From NCBI GenBank assembly GCA_038851565.1, contig JAWCKV010000017.1, forward strand, positions 1 through 19,286: a stretch of DNA of 19,286 bases, read 5' to 3'. Positions 15,234 to 19,286 of this stretch are shown here, piece by piece. The notes beneath the pieces were generated by a model that had not been told where the DNA came from, did no database searches, and saw only the letters and a list, made by a program, of their open reading frames with translations. Source of the stretch: Candidatus Hadarchaeales archaeon. Lineage in GTDB: Archaea; Hadarchaeota; Hadarchaeia; Hadarchaeales; Hadarchaeaceae. Each line of letters starts with the position of its first letter. Position 1 is the first letter of the stretch. The position numbers were made by a program, and so were the translations under genes.

Positions 15234-16334
15234 TTAACGCCTCTTCCTTCGAATGAGCACCGCTCCGGTCAGCGCCACCACAACTGCAGCCACGGCCCCT
15301 GCGATTATCCATGGAAGAAGGTCCAGTTGCGGAGGAACATATTCATATGAAATGTTCACCGGCCCTCCTGCAAGAAAGGCACCGATCGCACCTGCGGCTT
15401 CAGGCCCGCTCCATGTGTAGGTGTAGCCGTTTTGCTCATACCCAGATGGTAGCTCTCCGACCTGCGAGTTCTCCGGAACCTTCACAGTCAGGTTTACGTG
15501 CTCTGCGTTCCCCGAAAGGTTTTCGGTCAGCCCTCCTACGGCGGGCAACAGTGGACTCCACTCCACGCGGTCCTCGCTTACCGGAAGACGGAAGTATGCC
15601 TCAATTTCGGCGTGGATCAGGATCAGACCACCTGAGTGCGTGGCGGTCACGGTCGCGTCGAGGCTCGAGTCTCCAGCCCTCGCGTTCACCGTCACCGACA
15701 TTGTCGTTGCCGAGAAGTTCAGGGATGCGCTCAGGTCCACCGGCAATATTCTCTCCAGATTCTCGCTCGCGAGCACATCGCCTGATAACGTGCAGGTCCC
15801 TCCGAATCTGAGGGCAGTGCCCTCCCATGAAAACCGCGTCACGGAAAGGTCCTCCACCACGATGTTGCCCATCCCCTCAGGTATTTCCCCAATCGGTCCG
15901 GCACCACCTCCGGCGAAGTAGCCCAGGAGTTCGGATAGGGACCTGCCTTCAATCCCGGAAGCTGATATCATGAGGTTGATGGCTTCCGCGTTGAGCTGCA
16001 GCAGATCCTGGGGCAATGTGTCTAATGCCGTTTCCGTAAACCTGATCTCTCCCTCTAAGTTTGTGGTGACCCTCTCCTCTCCGGACCTGGAGATGTCGAG
16101 GTCAAGTTTTGCGCCCGTGATCGGAAAGCCGCTCCAGTCTCTTCCCTCCATGATGGCGTCAAGGGTAGCCGTGATGTGGCAGCGCGCATCCGGAAGCATC
16201 TCCATATCAATGTTAATATTTTCAATTTTGAGGCCAGAAACGGTGGGTTCCCAGGCTGTGGCGCTGCACAGCGATACCGTAAAAACAGCCGCCAGAAACA
16301 GCGCAACGGCTTCTTTCAACCGATTTCCCCCCAT
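15234..16334 (-). CDS. Hypothetical secreted, C-terminally membrane-anchored surface protein
   Basis: Signal peptide MGGNRLKEAVALFLAAVFTVSLCSATA, an acidic beta-rich body with NxS/T sequons, and a C-terminal TM LLPWIIAGAVAAVVVALTGAVLI followed by RRKRR. Confidence 0.82.
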   Translation of the reverse strand: MGGNRLKEAVALFLAAVFTVSLCSATAWEPTVSGLKIENINIDMEMLPDARCHITATLDAIMEGRDWSGFPITGAKLDLDISRSGEERVTTNLEGEIRFTETALDTLPQDLLQLNAEAINLMISASGIEGRSLSELLGYFAGGGAGPIGEIPEGMGNIVVEDLSVTRFSWEGTALRFGGTCTLSGDVLASENLERILPVDLSASLNFSATTMSVTVNARAGDSSLDATVTATHSGGLILIHAEIEAYFRLPVSEDRVEWSPLLPAVGGLTENLSGNAEHVNLTVKVPENSQVGELPSGYEQNGYTYTWSGPEAAGAIGAFLAGGPVNISYEYVPPQLDLLPWIIAGAVAAVVVALTGAVLIRRKRR

Positions 16335-16411
16335 TTATCCCTTGTCATCTTTACTATAAACATACACCTCCGCCATCTTCTTATCTCTGTTCATCCTAAA
16401 CCTCTAAAGGT

Positions 16412-16508
16412 AGCCCCGTGGGGTAGACCCGTTCGGGCGGGGCCTAATGGTCAATCCTGGCAGGCTCTGGACCTGCTGACGGCGGTTCGAATCCGCCCGG
16501 GGCTACCA
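16412..16508 (+). tRNA. tRNA-Gln(CTG) with a 21-nt non-canonical D-loop intron at position 15/16 (16427-16447)
   Basis: Acceptor AGCCCCG/CGGGGCT + A + CCA, anticodon arm GCAGG-CT-CTG-GA-CCTGC, T arm GGCGG-TTCGAAT-CCGCC. Removing 16427-16447 gives a normal Gln D arm, GGGTAGTGGTCAATCCT. Confidence 0.9.
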
Positions 16509-16553
16509 CCTGACATGCCCTCATGTTGTGGGAGAGCCCAAAAAGAACAGGCT

Positions 16554-16787
16554 TCATACCTCAACAACTATCGCTGTGTTTGTGTCCACAATGCCCTTTA
16601 TCCTGTGTATTCCGCCCACTATGGTATTTGTCAGCGTCTCCAGGTTTGGCGCCTCAACGAAGACTATGATGTCGTAGGGGCCTGTGACCACATGAACCGA
16701 CTTCACGCCCTTCAGCGCCTTCATTTCCTTTGCAACCTGTTTCACCTTTCCTATTGCCGCGGTCACCAGAACGTATGCCTGCGTCAA
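16554..16787 (-). CDS. Stand-alone Lrp/AsnC ligand-binding (RAM) domain protein, no HTH
   Basis: AYVLV....GK...V...M....GV..VHVVTGPYDIIV.VEA......I..I.GI..TNT.IV. TTG 16787 lies 4 nt after GGTGA; alternative start 16802. Confidence 0.9.
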   Translation of the reverse strand: MTQAYVLVTAAIGKVKQVAKEMKALKGVKSVHVVTGPYDIIVFVEAPNLETLTNTIVGGIHRIKGIVDTNTAIVVEV

Positions 16788-16830
16788 CCTTTCACCAGAC
16801 AATAGTCAGCGGTGTGGTTTAAAACACTAC

Positions 16831-17028
16831 CTATTCGCTGGCTTCCCTCAGCACGATCTTTCTCCTCAGGACGAGCTCTGCGGCCCTGACCACCGAGCCG
16901 CTGGAGCCTATGGCCCTCGCTATCTGGGACTTTGGAGTGAAGACCACGATCTGCTCTCCGTCTTCCTCCACCCTCGCGATATCGACGCCAAGCATCAGCT
17001 TCAGCCTGTCCACGAGTTCCTGTTGCAC
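16831..17028 (-). CDS. Small single-KH-domain protein resembling half of archaeal NusA
   Basis: IVVF......ARAIGSSGSVVR..E..L.RKI.LRE is a type II KH pattern. GTG start after GGAG, with TTTTAA ~37 nt upstream. Confidence 0.7.
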   Translation of the reverse strand: MQQELVDRLKLMLGVDIARVEEDGEQIVVFTPKSQIARAIGSSGSVVRAAELVLRRKIVLREASE

Positions 17029-17079
17029 TTGCTCCGCTCCGTGTCACTATTTTTTTATCCAGCTTAAAAGTTCTTGCTG

Positions 17080-17116
17080 GTGACCTCCTCCCCCAGCTTT
17101 CGTAGGGGGACTTCCC
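17080..17116 (-). mobile_element. Orphan IS200/IS605-like right-end hairpin (no tnpA/tnpB nearby)
   Basis: Minus strand reads GGGAAG-TCCCCC-TACGAAAGCT-GGGGGA-GGAGG-TCAC. This resembles the GAAGCCCC-hairpin-GGGGAGGAxGTCAC ends that follow tnpB genes. Recognised from memory only, not from a search. Confidence 0.45.
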
Positions 17117-17136
17117 GCTGGTAGAGTTAAATAATC

Positions 17137-17811
17137 TTAGAGGGTGCTGTACTCGAGCCTCACGCTCCAGCGCCCATCGATGTTTTTAAGTATTTTTTCC
17201 ACACCTGGAACGTGGGCAGCACCGACCACGGCCACAACTTTTTTCCCGCCGGATAGGAGCCCGGCAAGCTTGAGAGCCATGTGCCTGTCCCTTTCCTCTA
17301 CCAGAACCTCATATATCTCCCTCGAAAATCCTCTGAGCTCCTCAAGGAGCTTCACCACCACTTCCTCCTCGGTCAGCCTTGTGAGGTCCACTCTTGCCGT
17401 CGGGAGGATGCTGAGGAGGACGTGTAAAAGCAGCCTCAGCCTGTCCTTGAGCCCAACGCGCTCGTTGAGCCTTTTCAGGGTGATGCCGATGGGCACGTCA
17501 ATGAGCTCGACCCTGGACCCGGCTTTCTCCGCCGCATTGATCGCTGCGAGCATCTCCTCGCCTGGGAGCACTCCGGTCTGCATGGAGAACCTCATCTGCG
17601 CGAGATACATGATCCAGCCGAGGAAGTTCCTTCCCGGTCCCCTTCTGTCCCTTGCGGACATCTTTAGGGCAACATATCTCTCGGGGCAGAGCTCAACCGC
17701 AACGACATCTGGCTTCTCGTTCAGTATTGTTTCCCTCACGTCCTCAAGGCTCTTGGGGAGGACGTGACCAACCCCGATGAGAGTGAGGTTTTCACCTGCT
17801 CTTCTTATCAA
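17137..17811 (-). CDS. TraB/PrgY/GumN family protein
   Basis: LIGVGHV, PDVVAVELCPER, PGEEM..AI..A, LID.PI..T..R, LVEERD..M, VAVVGAAHV.G. Confidence 0.9.
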   Translation of the reverse strand: MIRRAGENLTLIGVGHVLPKSLEDVRETILNEKPDVVAVELCPERYVALKMSARDRRGPGRNFLGWIMYLAQMRFSMQTGVLPGEEMLAAINAAEKAGSRVELIDVPIGITLKRLNERVGLKDRLRLLLHVLLSILPTARVDLTRLTEEEVVVKLLEELRGFSREIYEVLVEERDRHMALKLAGLLSGGKKVVAVVGAAHVPGVEKILKNIDGRWSVRLEYSTL

Positions 17812-17812
17812 G

Positions 17813-18463
17813 TTATCGACCGAGCACCCTGTATCTCAGCAGCAGGTTCTCCCCAACCCTGCTGGACCCCAAAAACTCCAGCCTTAAACCCTCTGATACC
17901 CTTTCAAATCCCTTCCCCCCCACGAGGGGCTTTGCGTCCTTACCTCCGAGCACGACAGGGGCAACCGCTATCCTGAGCTCGTCCACCAGTCCCCGGCTCA
18001 GCATCTCCCAGTTGAGCATCGAGCCGCCCTCCAGCAGCATTTTCCTCACCCCCCTCGAGTGGAGCTCAGAGAGAAGCCTGGAGAGGTCGACTTCCCTTTT
18101 TCCCATGACGATGACATCCACTCCCATTTTCCGCAGAGCATTGACCTTCTTTTTCGGCGCCTTTCCGGATACCGCAACTACTGTTCTGGCGGATCTGTTG
18201 AGCACCCTGGATTTCAACGGTATCCTGCATCTCCCGTCCACCACGACCCTGATTGGGTTTCTCCCCCTGACCATGCGCACGGTCAGGGAGGGGTTGTCGG
18301 AGATTATCGTGCCAGCCCCGACCATGACCGCGTCCACGCTGGCCCTCAGGCAATGAAGCCTTCTCAGGTCCTCCTCACAGGAGAGGGCGCTGTCTCCGGT
18401 CATGGTGGCTATCTTCCCGTCTACGCTCATGGCCGAGTTGAGTATCACGTACGGCCTTCTCAT
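17813..18463 (-). CDS. arfC: 2,5-diamino-6-ribosylamino-4(3H)-pyrimidinone 5'-phosphate reductase (RibD C-terminal family, archaeal riboflavin/F420 precursor pathway)
   Basis: RPYVILNSAMSVDGKIA, H.LRA.VDAVMVG.GT...DNPSLTVR, P.RVVVD, LLEGG..LN, LVDEL...AP..LGG. No deaminase domain. Confidence 0.92.
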   Translation of the reverse strand: MRRPYVILNSAMSVDGKIATMTGDSALSCEEDLRRLHCLRASVDAVMVGAGTIISDNPSLTVRMVRGRNPIRVVVDGRCRIPLKSRVLNRSARTVVAVSGKAPKKKVNALRKMGVDVIVMGKREVDLSRLLSELHSRGVRKMLLEGGSMLNWEMLSRGLVDELRIAVAPVVLGGKDAKPLVGGKGFERVSEGLRLEFLGSSRVGENLLLRYRVLGR

Positions 18464-18477
18464 GTGTTTCCCTCATG

Positions 18478-18553
18478 TGGGGCCAGGGCCGGGATTCGAA
18501 CCCGGGCTGCGGGATCCACAGTCCCGAATGCTGACCGCTACACTACCCTGGCC
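18478..18553 (-). tRNA. tRNA-His(GTG) with encoded G-1 and CCA
   Basis: G-GCCAGGG...CGGGA-CT-GTG-GA-TCCCG...CCGGG-TTCGAAT-CCCGG-CCCTGGC-C-CCA. Confidence 0.96.
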
Positions 18554-18675
18554 ACCGAATAGAAGGTAGAGGAGCGCTCTATTTGAGGCTTGAGGTCGGA
18601 CAATTGGCATTGCGATTTCGTGGCGCACGTTTAAAAGTTGGGTGCAGCGGGGTGAAAATTGTCCCAGAATCAGGC

Positions 18676-18763
18676 TGGTGCGGGGGGCAGGATTTGAACC
18701 TGCGAACCCCTCAGGGACCAGACCCTAAATCTGGCGCCGTTGGCCTGGCTTGGCTACCCCCGC
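18676..18763 (-). tRNA. tRNA-Leu(TAG)
   Basis: GCGGGGG...CCAGA-TT-TAG-GG-TCTGG, long variable arm, GCAGG-TTCAAAT-CCTGC-CCCCCGC-A-CCA. Confidence 0.96.
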
Positions 18764-18802
18764 TCAAGATGAATTTGGTCTCACTAAATATAGCCAGTTG
18801 TT

Positions 18803-18994
18803 CTATCTTGCCCATGAGTCACGCTGGGCCATCATCTCGTACCTGGACCGCCTCTTCGCCTCCCTGTAGCACCTCTTGCAGTAGTTTTTCCCCAGCGTGC
18901 GTTTGGCGCATCCCCTGTGCAGCTCAACTCCGCAGGAGGCGCACTTGACCACATCGGTCTCCACGGGATTCCCGCAAACAGGGCATTCGCTCAT
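18803..18994 (-). CDS. Small C4HC3 zinc-finger protein (63 aa)
   Basis: ATG 18994 after GGAGG. Pattern CPVC-x10-CASC-x4-HRGC-x9-CKRC followed by a basic helix. Confidence 0.8.
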   Translation of the reverse strand: MSECPVCGNPVETDVVKCASCGVELHRGCAKRTLGKNYCKRCYREAKRRSRYEMMAQRDSWAR

Positions 18995-19026
18995 GATACT
19001 GCCTCCAGCTTCGAGGAGATAAATCT

Positions 19027-19286
19027 TCACCCGCACTTTTTCCTGAGTTCCCCGATGGTCGTGAAGATGTCGCCCCCCACCTGAAATATGGGCCTGAGGA
19101 CCTCCGTGTTTATGAATTCTCCGTCGAAAGCATTCTCATCGCCGTACGCCGCGAGCACCTCCCCAACGAACAGCGTGTGGTCTCCCGTGGTTATCGCCTC
19201 CTTCAGCCTGCACTCCATGTGCAGCGCGCATTCCTTCACGGCTGGAGCCTTCACCTTCCTTCCGGGAATGGGCGTCAGGCCGAACT
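19027..19286 (-). CDS. Flavin reductase-like (FMN-binding split barrel) protein, 5'-truncated
   Basis: FGLTPIPG.KVKAPAVKEC..HMECRL......GDHTLFVGEV. The frame is open to the window end. Confidence 0.88.
   Translation of the reverse strand, partial: FGLTPIPGRKVKAPAVKECALHMECRLKEAITTGDHTLFVGEVLAAYGDENAFDGEFINTEVLRPIFQVGGDIFTTIGELRKKCG

Noticed and set aside
17080..17116. Hairpin as an archaeal SECIS element
   Set aside because: No adjacent gene has an in-frame TGA at a Cys-like position.
1..19286. CRISPR array, rRNA, integrase or transposase genes
   Set aside because: No regularly spaced repeats, rRNA signatures or recombinase/transposase motifs were seen. The repeats in the first gene are protein-level only.

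Overview
Archaeal chromosomal window. Archaeal markers include an ATP-dependent DNA ligase, ApgM, a DacZ-type diadenylate cyclase, a split class I fumarase, BHB-type tRNA introns and GGTGA/GGTGG ribosome-binding sites. A Hadarchaeota/MSBL1-like lineage is a guess from style, not something proven here. Most of the window is housekeeping: a 5'-truncated giant surface protein, fumarate/tartrate hydro-lyase alpha and beta, DUF192, dacZ, lig, a RecJ-like DHH protein, a small HIHH membrane protein, mtnA, NifU, apgM, a Lon-like S16 protease, a second surface protein, stand-alone AsnC and KH domains, TraB, arfC, a C4HC3 zinc finger, a partial flavin reductase and five tRNAs. Main points of interest: (1) a ~2.2 kb integrase-less islet at the 3' end of tRNA-Arg(CCG), bounded by a 12-bp direct repeat, carrying an intact toxin-first AbiEii/AbiEi pair plus a decayed second abiEii; (2) two tRNAs with non-canonical introns (29/30 and 15/16); (3) a probable CTG start codon; (4) an orphan IS200/IS605-like right-end hairpin; (5) a PHD/RINGv-spaced mini zinc finger; (6) extreme E/D-N dipeptide enrichment in the surface protein.
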